From positions 1-43,447 of IMG/VR virus record IMGVR_UViG_3300044708_000152: DNA of 43,447 bases; one strand, written 5' to 3'. Under the pieces are notes generated by a model that worked only from the letters and a program-made list of their open reading frames with translations, ran no database searches and was not told where the DNA came from. Position 1 is the stretch's first letter, and each line of letters begins with the position of its first letter. This DNA is from a virus (lineage: Duplodnaviria; Caudoviricetes). Positions 6,056 through 15,591 of this stretch are shown one piece after another. The position numbers and the translations under genes are program-made.

Positions 6056-6277
6056 TCAACGCCGACTCTTCTTGGGCTCTTTGCGCGGCACGATCTCCGG
6101 CGGGTGGTCGAAGCACATCTCCAGCCCGCGGTCGCAGGTGCCGCAGTATTGCCCCATCAAGATCCTCACCGGTAGGCCGCGCACGTGGTCACCGCACCGC
6201 GTGCAGGCGCCACACACCAGCTTGTCACCGGCGCGCAGCCCCCAGCGCACGTCCAGCTCGACCCTGCGCACGTTCAC
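6056..6277 (-). CDS. Zn-finger-like hypothetical protein
   Basis: GTGA overlap; CTRC...CGTC. Confidence 0.65.
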   Translation of the reverse strand: MNVRRVELDVRWGLRAGDKLVCGACTRCGDHVRGLPVRILMGQYCGTCDRGLEMCFDHPPEIVPRKEPKKSRR

Positions 6278-6489
6278 GCGAACACCACCACACGGCCGGC
6301 CCATAGCTGCCGCATCACCACGCTCCTGCGCAGCTGCGTCATCTCGCGCTGGTACAGCAGCTCCTCAACCTGGTCGAAGTGCTGATACTGGACGGCGCGT
6401 GCGATCCACGCGTCGTAGCGGATCATCTCGTTGCCGAGCTGGCGGATCTCCGCCAGCAGTTCCGCTTCAGCCTGGTTGTACGCCCTCAT
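6274..6489 (-). CDS. Hypothetical protein (71 aa)
   Basis: ATGA overlap with the primase stop. Confidence 0.7.
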   Translation of the reverse strand: MRAYNQAEAELLAEIRQLGNEMIRYDAWIARAVQYQHFDQVEELLYQREMTQLRRSVVMRQLWAGRVVVFA

Positions 6490-9317
6490 GACGTGCTCTC
6501 GAACGGCATCGTGCAGTCGAAGTGCAGGCCGAACCCTGCGCGCTCTTCCGCCTCGCTCAGGTGGATGCCGCAAGCGCGGCAAAGTTTGGCGCCAGGGTTG
6601 ATTGCCACGGTTTGTTGCCCTGGTTCTTCGGTCAAAATGGGCGTCAACAAACCCTCGTCAACAAACCCCACCGCAGCCACCACCTCCGCCTCTCGAGTCA
6701 GGGTTTCGAGATCAGAATCGGCCGCAACAGGCGAACTCTCCGGAGTATGAGATGCCACCCCCTCGATTTGGCAGCTAACCTCCTCGACCACCTCGCTGTC
6801 CGGTATGCCGCCAAATCCGCTTACCCCGGTCTCGCTCCACGGACGCCGGCGCGGGGCAAGGACCAGCACACCTGGTCGCCCGCCCTGCGGGCCGGCAGGC
6901 TTGCTGATGACGCAGCCCTTGTAGATTGACTCGTAGCGCTCGAGCACCGCCTTGAGCTGGTCACTGTTGCGGATACCGCCCACGTGCGCGTGCAAGATGT
7001 CCCTGCCATACGCCTGCCGCTCGTCGCGCTGCTCGAGCCAATCGACCACGCGATCAACGGAGCCGTCGAGACGTTCGTCTTTGAACGTGAGCGACAGGCG
7101 TTCCTGTTCCGGGAGTGCGCGCCAGCAGTCCAGAATTGCGTCCATGTACAGCGCGGCGCGCTCGACCATGCTCGCCTCGACCAGGCCGCCCTTGCCGGGG
7201 TTCTCGGCTTCGCAGAACACGCCGATGATGCGCAGTAGATGCACGTCCGCCTTCTGCAGCGCGGCCGAAACCGACGAGCCCTCCATGGCCTGGGCCCGCT
7301 GCTTCCAGCGCCGCTGATGCGCGCTGAAGGCGGCCAGCGCGCCAGCGTCCAGGCGCCAGCCACGATGCAGCGCGCGCTTGCTTAGCAGGTCGAGCAGCAG
7401 CGTGTCCCACACGCCGGGCGTGAACAGCCCGCCGTCGGGCAACTGCAGCGAGCGCAGGTCAGACAGGTGCGGCAACCAGCGCGGTCGAAGCCCATCCTCT
7501 TCCCCGCCCAGGCGTCCGTGCAGGCCAGTCTGCAGGCCGCCGCACACCACCATCGTGGGCTTCTCGATCAGGATGTCGACGTCGTTGCCGCCCTTGCTGC
7601 CAGTGCCGACGCGCTCGTACTGCCATTGCTCGCCTGTCCACAGTTCCAGAAAGCGCGCGCGGTCGGCGCTACTGGTTCCACGCTGGTACTCGCCGAAGGT
7701 GAGCAGCAGCTTGGACAGTTCGTCGGCGTCCCAGATGATCGAACCGCTGCCATACTGCAGCCGCCGCGCAATCGCCGACATGGTCGAGTCACTGAGGCGC
7801 AGGCGCTTGTCCCTGGGCGCTTCACTGTTGGCGCGGTCGGGCGCCTTCTGTGCGCGCCAGGCGCTCATCGCATCCTGGTACTCGCGGTACGCCTTGACGT
7901 CGTAGTCGCGCAGAGGCTTGAAGGCCATACTCTGCACAGGCGACTTCCCCGCACCACGAGGCGCCAGCAACACCACCCACAGGACCATGCGATCCGTCCA
8001 GGGGCCCTCGATCTCCACCATGCCGCCAGCCGCGCCGGCTACCGCGGCCACCGCAGCGCCGCACGCCAGGTTCGCCGGCAGCCCCATGCGCTGGGCCAGA
8101 CGCACAAAGGCCTGCATCGGCTCGGGCAGTACATCGATGGGAAACCTGGGGATGCCGGCCAGGTGATAGTCGTCGGGACTCTCCGCGGCGTACTCCGTAT
8201 GCGCTCGAGCGACGAACACCGTGTTCAGGTAGTCGCCCAGCTCAGGCCAGTTCTTGACGATGGTCGGCAGCCCCTGCGCCGGCTGGCCGGCGGCGATCTT
8301 CTGCGTCGAGTCGTGCGCCAGGCGCTCGATCTCTGCCTCCCAGTGGCGCGTGCGGTCATCCAGAAAGCTGCGATCATTCGCCTGCTGAGCGGCTGCCTTG
8401 AGCAGCGCCGAGATGGATGACTCCTCCATCCCCTGGCGCGCCAGGAAGCCGCTCAGCGGCAGCAGGAAGTCGCTATGCCGGCTGATGATGGGCGTCCGCG
8501 GCCAGGACTCAGCGATGGCGGTCACCAGCGTGGCGTCGAAGATGGCGCTGCTGCGCAGCGTCGACCAGGGCACCGCCGACTCGGCGAAGACGTCCGTTGC
8601 GATCTGAGGAGCTGCTTGTCCGCTGCGAGCTCGAGCCCAGACCTCGACCAGGTACGGGTTCGCGTTCCAGTCGTCATCGGGCGCGGTCTCGAGCCCGCTC
8701 CGCGGATGCTCGGCCAGCGCCAGGATGGCCGGCATGTCCAGGCTCAGCGCTTCCTGGGTGCTCAGGCGGACCTTGTAATGCCCGCCGTGACTGTTGAAGC
8801 TATTCGTCAGCCGCCACAGGCGCAGCTTGTCGTAGACCGCGTGGTCGAAGGGGGTCGACCCCATCAGCTCGACGGCGGCGGCCTTCTCCCAGATGTGCAG
8901 GTTCTCATCCGGCTCAAAGCCACCGAACAAGGTGTGCGGGATCTCAACATGAAATCCCTTGGCTCCACTGAAGTAGACCCGCAGCGCTTCCAGCGGCACG
9001 TCGGCAAGCGCCAGGCGCGCCATGAAATCCCTGACCCACTCCAGCGCAACCGCGGGGTTGTCGCGGTTGTCGAAGTCGAAGCGCAGGCTGGCATCCCAGA
9101 CCTTGCCAGCGAAGCCTTCGACCGTCCCGTTCCCGCTACTGTTGACGTGGGTGCGCGGCCACTCCACCAGCGCATCATCGCCGCGCGCGTGGCTGATATA
9201 GCGCTCCGCTCCGGTGTTGGAGAGCGCGACGACATCACGGATATGCCGCACCCGGTTGCGGCGGTTCAGCGCGCCCAGCGCTGTTTCGACGTACACAAAG
9301 CCCGCAGGTTCTGGCAT
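6486..9317 (-). CDS. Primase (AEP/prim-pol-like) fused to DUF3987/YfjI-like P-loop helicase
   Basis: N-terminal FDFD...YFSGAKGFH; FPIDVLP, APRGAGKSP, WDADE, GGLQ and DGLRPRW motifs. Confidence 0.85.
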   Translation of the reverse strand: MPEPAGFVYVETALGALNRRNRVRHIRDVVALSNTGAERYISHARGDDALVEWPRTHVNSSGNGTVEGFAGKVWDASLRFDFDNRDNPAVALEWVRDFMARLALADVPLEALRVYFSGAKGFHVEIPHTLFGGFEPDENLHIWEKAAAVELMGSTPFDHAVYDKLRLWRLTNSFNSHGGHYKVRLSTQEALSLDMPAILALAEHPRSGLETAPDDDWNANPYLVEVWARARSGQAAPQIATDVFAESAVPWSTLRSSAIFDATLVTAIAESWPRTPIISRHSDFLLPLSGFLARQGMEESSISALLKAAAQQANDRSFLDDRTRHWEAEIERLAHDSTQKIAAGQPAQGLPTIVKNWPELGDYLNTVFVARAHTEYAAESPDDYHLAGIPRFPIDVLPEPMQAFVRLAQRMGLPANLACGAAVAAVAGAAGGMVEIEGPWTDRMVLWVVLLAPRGAGKSPVQSMAFKPLRDYDVKAYREYQDAMSAWRAQKAPDRANSEAPRDKRLRLSDSTMSAIARRLQYGSGSIIWDADELSKLLLTFGEYQRGTSSADRARFLELWTGEQWQYERVGTGSKGGNDVDILIEKPTMVVCGGLQTGLHGRLGGEEDGLRPRWLPHLSDLRSLQLPDGGLFTPGVWDTLLLDLLSKRALHRGWRLDAGALAAFSAHQRRWKQRAQAMEGSSVSAALQKADVHLLRIIGVFCEAENPGKGGLVEASMVERAALYMDAILDCWRALPEQERLSLTFKDERLDGSVDRVVDWLEQRDERQAYGRDILHAHVGGIRNSDQLKAVLERYESIYKGCVISKPAGPQGGRPGVLVLAPRRRPWSETGVSGFGGIPDSEVVEEVSCQIEGVASHTPESSPVAADSDLETLTREAEVVAAVGFVDEGLLTPILTEEPGQQTVAINPGAKLCRACGIHLSEAEERAGFGLHFDCTMPFESTS

Positions 9318-9754
9318 TACTCACGCTCCAGCATCTTGCGCATCAATGCGGCGCGGTCAGCCAATTCACCAGCGGGCTTCACTCCAGTTCTGGACCTACC
9401 AGGCTGCCCGCGCACGCCGGCGCGGCTATTGTCAGGTTCGGGCGGATTCAATGGGTGGATGTCGCGCGCTTCGACGAGCAGCGCGACCCCTGTCCGCCCA
9501 TTGATCGGCCATGTCTTGACCTCCAGAAAACCAGTCACCACCAGGTGCTGACCAGGGCGCGCCCAGCGCTCGAGCTGGGCACGCTGCAGACCACGGAAGC
9601 GCACAACACATTCAGGATGTTTGACGTGCGCGTCCACCACCTTGCCGCGCAGCTGCAGCACGTCGTTGCCATCCGCATCGAAGCGCCGCTCCGGCTCACG
9701 GCTGACCATCAGGCGAAGTTCGACCTGGAGCCCACCGTCATCGACAAGGCTCAT
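9317..9754 (-). CDS. SSB-like OB-fold protein
   Basis: PGQHLVVTGFLEVKTW...LLVEARDI resembles the SSB core. Confidence 0.6.
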   Translation of the reverse strand: MSLVDDGGLQVELRLMVSREPERRFDADGNDVLQLRGKVVDAHVKHPECVVRFRGLQRAQLERWARPGQHLVVTGFLEVKTWPINGRTGVALLVEARDIHPLNPPEPDNSRAGVRGQPGRSRTGVKPAGELADRAALMRKMLERE

Positions 9755-9755
9755 C

Positions 9756-10160
9756 TCAGAAAGGCAACTCGCCTTCTTCTTCTGCGGCTTCCGCCCTGGT
9801 GGTCGAGCGACTCCCCACCGCAGGGATGACCTTCATGACGTAGTTGTGGTATTCGTTGCCGCCTTTGGTCCTGGGCGGAGTGACACCGACGTACTTCAAT
9901 CCGATGGTGTCGCCGACGCGCGGGTCCAGGGTTTCAAACCGCTTCTTGAGCACGCTCCTGAACAGCGCCACACCCCAGCGGTGACCGTCTTCCTCATCTT
10001 CAATCACCGCGATTTTGGCCGGACCAAAGTCCGTAACAATGTCTTCCCACCCGACGAGTTCGCCGACCAGCGTCGTACCGGGTTCATCGTCAGGGTTCCA
10101 GCGATCAGGGAGACTTCCGTCGTCAGCTGCCAGCTGACTGCGCAGATCCGTTGAGGACAT
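9756..10160 (-). CDS. Phage ssDNA-binding-like protein with acidic tail
   Basis: OB-like core; C-terminus EEEGELPF resembles an SSB-Ct. Confidence 0.65.
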   Translation of the reverse strand: MSSTDLRSQLAADDGSLPDRWNPDDEPGTTLVGELVGWEDIVTDFGPAKIAVIEDEEDGHRWGVALFRSVLKKRFETLDPRVGDTIGLKYVGVTPPRTKGGNEYHNYVMKVIPAVGSRSTTRAEAAEEEGELPF

Positions 10161-10377
10161 CCTTCTTCACTTTCCTTTTAGGTTTCACTGGTGGTTTACC
10201 GACCAGTGACTCGTCGTCGGATAACATCCATTCCGCGAGTGTTTGAGGGCTTAGCACCTCCATATCGTTGACCTGGCGCACGCCGGTCAGCTTTGCGATC
10301 TCGAGCAGCAGGTCTTCGCGTAACCCTGGATGGAGCCCGCACCACGCTTCCAGCTCCACGTGCAAGTGGAGGCTCAC
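10123..10377 (-). CDS. Hypothetical protein (84 aa)
   Basis: GTGA overlap with the nuclease stop. Confidence 0.65.
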   Translation of the reverse strand: MSLHLHVELEAWCGLHPGLREDLLLEIAKLTGVRQVNDMEVLSPQTLAEWMLSDDESLVGKPPVKPKRKVKKDVLNGSAQSAGS

Positions 10378-10739
10378 GCGAGCGCGCGCGCGATCAACTC
10401 CACAGCGCTGCCGTCAAGGATCATGTTGTCCGTGACGCGCACCACCCGCCAGCCGAGCGCCGCGGCGAGCGAATACTTCCGACAGTCTTCCTCGAAGCCG
10501 GCGCCGCGGTTGTGGCGACCCTGGATCCAGATAGCGCCTTCCACTTCGATGCCGAGACGCTGCGACACGTAGGCGCCGTCGAAGCGATAGCGGCGACCCT
10601 CGGCCTGGGCGAAGGCGTACTCCAGTGTGGGGCGCGGCAGGCCGGCGTCGGCCAGGCGCTGCCACAGGGCCCACTCGAGCTTGCGGACGCTGGCGTCGCG
10701 CAGAATCTTCTGCGCAGGCGTGGGCTTGGCTACAGCCAT
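10374..10739 (-). CDS. PD-(D/E)XK endonuclease (Vsr/DUF559-like)
   Basis: EYAF...RYRFDGA...IEVEG...H...D..KY..A...GWRVVR. Confidence 0.85.
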   Translation of the reverse strand: MAVAKPTPAQKILRDASVRKLEWALWQRLADAGLPRPTLEYAFAQAEGRRYRFDGAYVSQRLGIEVEGAIWIQGRHNRGAGFEEDCRKYSLAAALGWRVVRVTDNMILDGSAVELIARALA

Positions 10740-10858
10740 CGGCGTGCAATCAACCAGATGAAGCCGGCCACGCCGCCGAAGATCAGCGCCAGCATGAACA
10801 TGAGCAGGAACCATTCGCCCAGCGACGTGTGACTGGAGCGATAGTTGCGCGAGCTCAT
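10730..10858 (-). CDS. Small single-TM membrane protein (42 aa)
   Basis: MSSRNYRSSHTSLGEWFLLMFMLALIFGGVAGFIWLIARRWL; ATGA overlap. Confidence 0.7.
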   Translation of the reverse strand: MSSRNYRSSHTSLGEWFLLMFMLALIFGGVAGFIWLIARRWL

Positions 10859-11338
10859 CGGAGGCCGACCACGCGGCTGCACACGGGCCATGGTTGAAAC
10901 CCTCGCTTCGCCCTCAGGCGTTCGGCGACCACGATCTGCGCTTCACGACTGGCGTAGCCGGCGATGCTGGCGTACACGCCGCCGCCATACGCTAACCAGG
11001 TCGGTTGATCGAACTGCAATCCACCCGAGTACGTTCTGCCGATCAAGTGCCAGCGGTTGTTGCTCTCGCAGCTCGCCAGCAAATCCCAGACACCGGACAC
11101 CTGAGCGACGGGGGCGCTCACCGTCAGGTCTTGTGACTCCGGGGGCTGAGGCGCAGGACTGGGCTCTTCAGCCGACACCGCTTCAACCTCAGAGGGCAAC
11201 TGGCCCCTGCCTTCCCCATTTGTCTGCCAGTGGCCTGTCAGAGCTACCCTCGTCGCCCATGTCATACGCGAAGGCGGTCGCCGGATTGGTGACCACCATC
11301 AGCACCGCCGTGCCGACGATCGCCAGCGTGCGCGCCAT
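10855..11338 (-). CDS. rpf: Secreted resuscitation-promoting-factor (Rpf)-like transglycosylase; signal peptide and catalytic domain are in different frames
   Basis: WDLLASCES..W....YSGGLQFDQPTW..YGG...ASREAQI.VAE......G..PWP.C; signal peptide MARTLAIVGTAVLMVVTNPATAFA starts at 11338 (TAATG overlap). Confidence 0.85.
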
Positions 11339-11517
11339 TACGCTGCGTTCTCCTTCGGCGCGCTCTCTACCTGCTTCTCGCGTTCCAGCGCCGCCAGGTA
11401 TCCATTCACGAACCCATAGCGCATTCGCACCGAAGGTGAGTCGATCATTGCTTCCGCACACCAGCGGTGGAAGGCCTGATCGCACTGGATCTGCACCGCG
11501 AGCGATGGCCACTTCAC
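11338..11517 (-). CDS. Hypothetical protein (59 aa)
   Basis: GTGA and TAATG overlaps; GAGG RBS. Confidence 0.7.
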   Translation of the reverse strand: MKWPSLAVQIQCDQAFHRWCAEAMIDSPSVRMRYGFVNGYLAALEREKQVESAPKENAA

Positions 11518-11786
11518 GGCTTCACCTCTTCGGCGACCATGCGCAGCGCATCGCGCTCCACCAGGAGCGACTCCATCACCTCGAGCATCCGCCGCGTCAG
11601 CGGCGCGTAGCCACCGAACTCGAATTGATCCGCCAACATGTCTTTCACCGCACGTTGGTAGCCGGACAGGTAGCAGAGCCGTGGATCTTCCGCGGATGCG
11701 GGGTTGTAGTGCTTGAAGGTCCACCAGCTCGTGGTGGCGGCCTCGGTGGGCGAAGGCACGCCGAAGCTAGGGGTCTGACGGACCAT
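11514..11786 (-). CDS. Hypothetical protein (90 aa)
   Basis: Operonic ORF. Confidence 0.7.
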   Translation of the reverse strand: MVRQTPSFGVPSPTEAATTSWWTFKHYNPASAEDPRLCYLSGYQRAVKDMLADQFEFGGYAPLTRRMLEVMESLLVERDALRMVAEEVKP

Positions 11787-11789
11787 GAC

Positions 11790-12005
11790 CTACGCCGCTG
11801 CCGGCTGCTCGTCGAGCAGCCCATCAAGGCGCCGGGTTAGCTCGACATCATGGCCGGCGATGGACTGGGCAATTGCATAGCGCAAGAGCGCCAGTGCCTG
11901 CGCGCCGGGTTTGCGATTTCGTTTACGGGCGAGGTCGTGGAGCTCTCTCCAGCCGGCCACGCCCAGGTTGCCGTCGCTGATAATGACGGTCCGACTCGAG
12001 GACAT
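11790..12005 (-). CDS. Small DNA-binding-like protein (ribbon-helix-helix-like)
   Basis: TVIIS...WRELHDLARKRNRKPGAQALALLRYAI. Confidence 0.55.
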   Translation of the reverse strand: MSSSRTVIISDGNLGVAGWRELHDLARKRNRKPGAQALALLRYAIAQSIAGHDVELTRRLDGLLDEQPAAA

Positions 12006-12061
12006 GCCCCGAAGTGTCGGAGGATTGGGAGCGCCATGCGCTCCTCATTTCCTACCCAATT

Positions 12062-13117
12062 TCAGGCAAGAACTCTGGCGGCCTGGTGCAGCATGCGGCA
12101 CCAGTGCACGACACCGTCGTACTTCCCATCGCTGCCATCCAGAATGGATACCGCCGACAGTCCGGCCGCCACGACGATGGACGCCGCCGAGCGGAACATC
12201 GGGAGCTGGAGGATCGCCTGGACCACCTCGCCAGCGTCGGCGATGACGCTCTTGCCGTCAGGTGTTGGCACTTCGATCAGCACCGGCTCATCCCTGCGTC
12301 GCAGCGCGTGGTAGTCAGCGAAATGCTGGCGGTCCAGCACATCCGGGAACTGTGCCCCCGGGTGCTGCATGCGATAGCGCGCATCCTCTTCGTCCGAAAT
12401 GAAGGCCGAGATCACCCAGCACCCCTGACCGTGGACACTCCAGAACAGGTCGACCCGTTCCACGTCCACCAGATGACCATTCGACGCGCGCAGGGTAATG
12501 GGCCCGTACGTGAAGACCTCGCCCGGGTGCTCCTTCGCCTTCCGAAAGAACTCGCCCCCCCGCCCGCCGACAGCCCGATCCTGGTCAGGGCAGAACAGGT
12601 CCGGCGCGCGGCAGCCGATCATTTCATCGCTGCGGTAGCCCAGGATCTTGCACATGTAGTCATTCGGGCTGCCGATCTTGTAGCGCTTCTCAAGGTCCTC
12701 GTGATCGCTGAGCGTGTAGCTCAGGCGATGCGGCGGCACATCCTCCGGCAGCACGATCTGCGGCAGCGCCTTCCCCCACCCGAGATGGAGGCTCGCTATC
12801 TGCTGCGGCGGGGACACGATCACCTCGGGCGGCGTCTCCACCGAACCGTCTTCCCACGGAGGCCGCATGCCCGGCCGCAATGGCCACTCCGGCATGAGCT
12901 CCGGCCAGCCCGAACGCGCGCGGTCGAACTGGGTCTTGCTGCCCGGCAATGACGCATCATCATCGGTCAACAAGGTCCCCATCCGCTCCCGGGTCATCTT
13001 GCCGCCCCTGGGATACTTCGGGATCTTGCCCCCAAAGTACGCGGTGGCGACAGCCCACGCGCGAACGATCATCAAGCGGTTAGCGACGGTTCTCTGGCTT
13101 TGGGCATGCGGCAGCAC
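12062..13117 (-). CDS. PAS-like domain protein
   Basis: GAGGAGG RBS; NDYMCKILGYRSDEMIGCRAPDLF...LRASNGHLVDVE matches the PAS signature. Confidence 0.7.
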   Translation of the reverse strand: MLPHAQSQRTVANRLMIVRAWAVATAYFGGKIPKYPRGGKMTRERMGTLLTDDDASLPGSKTQFDRARSGWPELMPEWPLRPGMRPPWEDGSVETPPEVIVSPPQQIASLHLGWGKALPQIVLPEDVPPHRLSYTLSDHEDLEKRYKIGSPNDYMCKILGYRSDEMIGCRAPDLFCPDQDRAVGGRGGEFFRKAKEHPGEVFTYGPITLRASNGHLVDVERVDLFWSVHGQGCWVISAFISDEEDARYRMQHPGAQFPDVLDRQHFADYHALRRRDEPVLIEVPTPDGKSVIADAGEVVQAILQLPMFRSAASIVVAAGLSAVSILDGSDGKYDGVVHWCRMLHQAARVLA

Positions 13118-13486
13118 GGAGACGTTCCCCTCCTCAACACGAAGAAGACATGTCCCCCGCGAGGCTGTGCGCCTGTGGGTGGGGGCCTTACTGGACGCTG
13201 TCGAACAGGCGTCCTACACGAGTATTCTGCACATTCCGTGCTCCTCATGGTCTCCCCAAAGCCTCACCATGCCGGCGAAATGGCCACGGAAGGTTAACGC
13301 ATCGTGACCCTGCATGCACACGGGCGGTTACGCCGACGTTGCAAACGCCAAACCATCGACCGGCTAACGCCGCAGGTTAGGCTGGTCTGCACTGTGCATT
13401 TGCATGAGCGTGTTGCCAGCAATACAGCACGTACGCGACTGGAGTGCACTGTTCAAGTATGGTCACACTACTGATCATCTCCTGTC

Positions 13487-13678
13487 GTGCTAACGCCGCA
13501 GTTGCGACGCCTACGAATGGACCGCGCTCTGTCCCAGGAAGAGCTTGCCTACCGCGCCGGCATCAGCCGCACCACGGTCATGCGTGCCGAGCTAGGGAAG
13601 CACATACGGCCGTCTACGCTCCGAAGCCTGGCGCGCGTGTTGCGCGTCCAGCCGAGCAAGCTTCAGCGCCCGACGTAG
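13487..13678 (+). CDS. XRE-family HTH protein (Cro/repressor-like)
   Basis: LRRLRMDRALSQEELAYRAGISRTTVMRAELG...RPSTLRSLARVL. Confidence 0.9.
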   Translation: MLTPQLRRLRMDRALSQEELAYRAGISRTTVMRAELGKHIRPSTLRSLARVLRVQPSKLQRPT

Positions 13679-13738
13679 GACAGCCTGGCGACCGAATGAA
13701 GAGCGCATGGTGAGCTGCCTCGCGGCAGACTTGTCGAC

Positions 13739-13909
13739 ATGCCTGATGAGCCCCAGGGCGAGCCCGTCACCGACCGAAACAGCGCGATCCGTGAACTCGT
13801 GCGCCTGTTACGAATCGGTCACAAAGCATACTTAGAGAAGGCGTCTCCTCAACCTGACGCCAACACTAAGCATGTATCATCTGAGCATGTACGCGATCCA
13901 GCCGCTTGA
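13739..13909 (+). CDS. Small protein upstream of the integrase (56 aa)
   Basis: MPDEPQGEPVTDRNSAIRELVRLLRIGHKAYLEK...; amphipathic helix; overlaps the integrase start. Confidence 0.5.
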   Translation: MPDEPQGEPVTDRNSAIRELVRLLRIGHKAYLEKASPQPDANTKHVSSEHVRDPAA

Positions 13910-15512
13910 AGGGCGGCGCATTCTGCGCGGTGTCCGCGTCTCGACGCCGCACCAGGTCGAGAACTGGTCCATCATCGCCCAGGAGCGAGACTTTGATGAA
14001 GTCCTGCGCGCCTGGGGCGCAACCATCATTCCGTTCAATGAGCAGCAGGTCTCCGGCCGCGACCTGGCCAAGCGCAAGGTCTTCCTCGAGCAGATGGAGC
14101 GGCTCAAGCGTGGCGAGGCCGACGGCATCGCCTACTACGACGTCAAGCGCCTGACGCGAAACGAGTTCGGCATTGATGGCGGCATCATCGCCAAGCAGCT
14201 CGTCGAACTCCGCGCGGTGCTCGTCACCTTCCGCAAGGTCTATGAGCTCTGGCGCGAGACCGACCTCAAAGACTTCACATTCGAATGTATGCTGGCCGGT
14301 ATTGACGTGCGCGGCATCCGCGATACGTTCTGGCGCGGACTGTTCGCGCGAGCGGAAAGTGAGCCGTTTCAAATGGGCAAGGCACCGGTCGGGTATCGCA
14401 ATCGGCGTGAGGTCTTCGTCAAGTCCAATGGCCGCGAGAAGATCCAGACCTTCCTGGAAAAGGATCCCGACGCCGAAGAGGTGATGCGCGAAGTCGTCCG
14501 CCTGATGGACGAATGCCACAGTCTCGGCGAGGTCTGCCGCCAGCTCAACCAGGTCGCGCGCTTCCTGCTGCGCGCACGCGGCGAGCAGCGCGGTGAGCGC
14601 ATCGTGCCGTGGAAGCCAAACAACCTGCTGCGCATGCTCAAGAACCCGAAGTACCACGGGCAGTGGTACTTCGGCCAGAACAGCAAGCGGACCTCCCCGG
14701 TGTGGGAAGGGCGCGAAGACAAGCGCTTCCACCATGACGCGCCTGAACTGGCGTACTGGACCGCGGCCGACGCGCTGCGCTGGCGCAAAAAGTTCAAGCC
14801 GACGGGCGCCTGGGTGCCGCAGTCACGCGCGCGCAAGTACCAGCGCGGGCTTATCGGTGTGCTGGCGTGTGTGACCTGCGGGCGCCCGATGGTCAGCGCC
14901 GGCGCGCTCGGCTATCAGTGCTCAAGCCAGCGCAATGGTCTGTGCCCTGCCGCCCAGGTCCTGGGCGAACTCCCCGCCCTCAAGGCGCTGCGCGCCATCT
15001 TACCCGACCTGCTGCCCAGCGCCGACGATCTGGCCGCCGAGAACGCGCGCCAGGCCTCGAGCAACACCCTGATCGCCGACCTCGAGGCCAAACTGGCCAT
15101 GCTCGAGGAGCAGCAGAAAGACGACACCGCCGAGTGGATGCGCATCCGCGGCGCCAAGCCCGCGGCCATCACTCAGGCATTGCAGGACCGTGAGCAGGAA
15201 ATCGAAGCGACGCGCGCGCGACTGAGCGACGCGCGCATTGAGCTCGCGGCCAGCGATGGATCATTCATCAACGCCCAGGAACTACTCGAGCACTCGCAAG
15301 AGAAGATCGACACCCTGACCCCGTACCAGCAGGCCATGGTCTATCGCCTGCTGGTCGCCGACGTGCGCATCAAGGGCGAGGGTATCGCCCGCGGGCGTCG
15401 CTGGACCGTGCTGCCTGGCTACCGCGCGCTTCTCAAAGAAAGCACGCTTAGCGATCCTATTGCTGCGCATTGGTACACTAACCTTGCAATGGCCTTAGGC
15501 GCCTGCGCCTGA
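13872..15512 (+). CDS. int: Large serine recombinase (integrase)
   Basis: RVST..Q...S catalytic motif, KRLTRN, G.APVGY, L.NPKY.G, Zn ribbon LACVTCG...YQC...CP and a coiled coil; start may be 13887. Confidence 0.92.
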   Translation: MYHLSMYAIQPLEGRRILRGVRVSTPHQVENWSIIAQERDFDEVLRAWGATIIPFNEQQVSGRDLAKRKVFLEQMERLKRGEADGIAYYDVKRLTRNEFGIDGGIIAKQLVELRAVLVTFRKVYELWRETDLKDFTFECMLAGIDVRGIRDTFWRGLFARAESEPFQMGKAPVGYRNRREVFVKSNGREKIQTFLEKDPDAEEVMREVVRLMDECHSLGEVCRQLNQVARFLLRARGEQRGERIVPWKPNNLLRMLKNPKYHGQWYFGQNSKRTSPVWEGREDKRFHHDAPELAYWTAADALRWRKKFKPTGAWVPQSRARKYQRGLIGVLACVTCGRPMVSAGALGYQCSSQRNGLCPAAQVLGELPALKALRAILPDLLPSADDLAAENARQASSNTLIADLEAKLAMLEEQQKDDTAEWMRIRGAKPAAITQALQDREQEIEATRARLSDARIELAASDGSFINAQELLEHSQEKIDTLTPYQQAMVYRLLVADVRIKGEGIARGRRWTVLPGYRALLKESTLSDPIAAHWYTNLAMALGACA

Positions 15513-15560
15513 GTGTTGCAGCGTCACGAAACCGTTAGACTGCCGTGATGTGCCCTGAAT

Positions 15561-15591
15561 GAAAAGGCCCCGCCGCGAGCGGAGCCTTTTC
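15561..15591. terminator. Bidirectional intrinsic terminator
   Basis: GAAAAGGC-CCCGC...GCGGA-GCCTTTTC. Confidence 0.75.

Noticed and set aside
6161-6178. Partial complement of putative sRNA 1
   Set aside because: Gapped match, and on the strand that is not the mRNA of the 6056-6277 gene
13743-13810. CTGATGAG...CGAAAC as a fifth hammerhead
   Set aside because: Stem II does not pair beyond one base pair, no stem I partner follows a UH site, and it lies within a plausible 56-aa ORF
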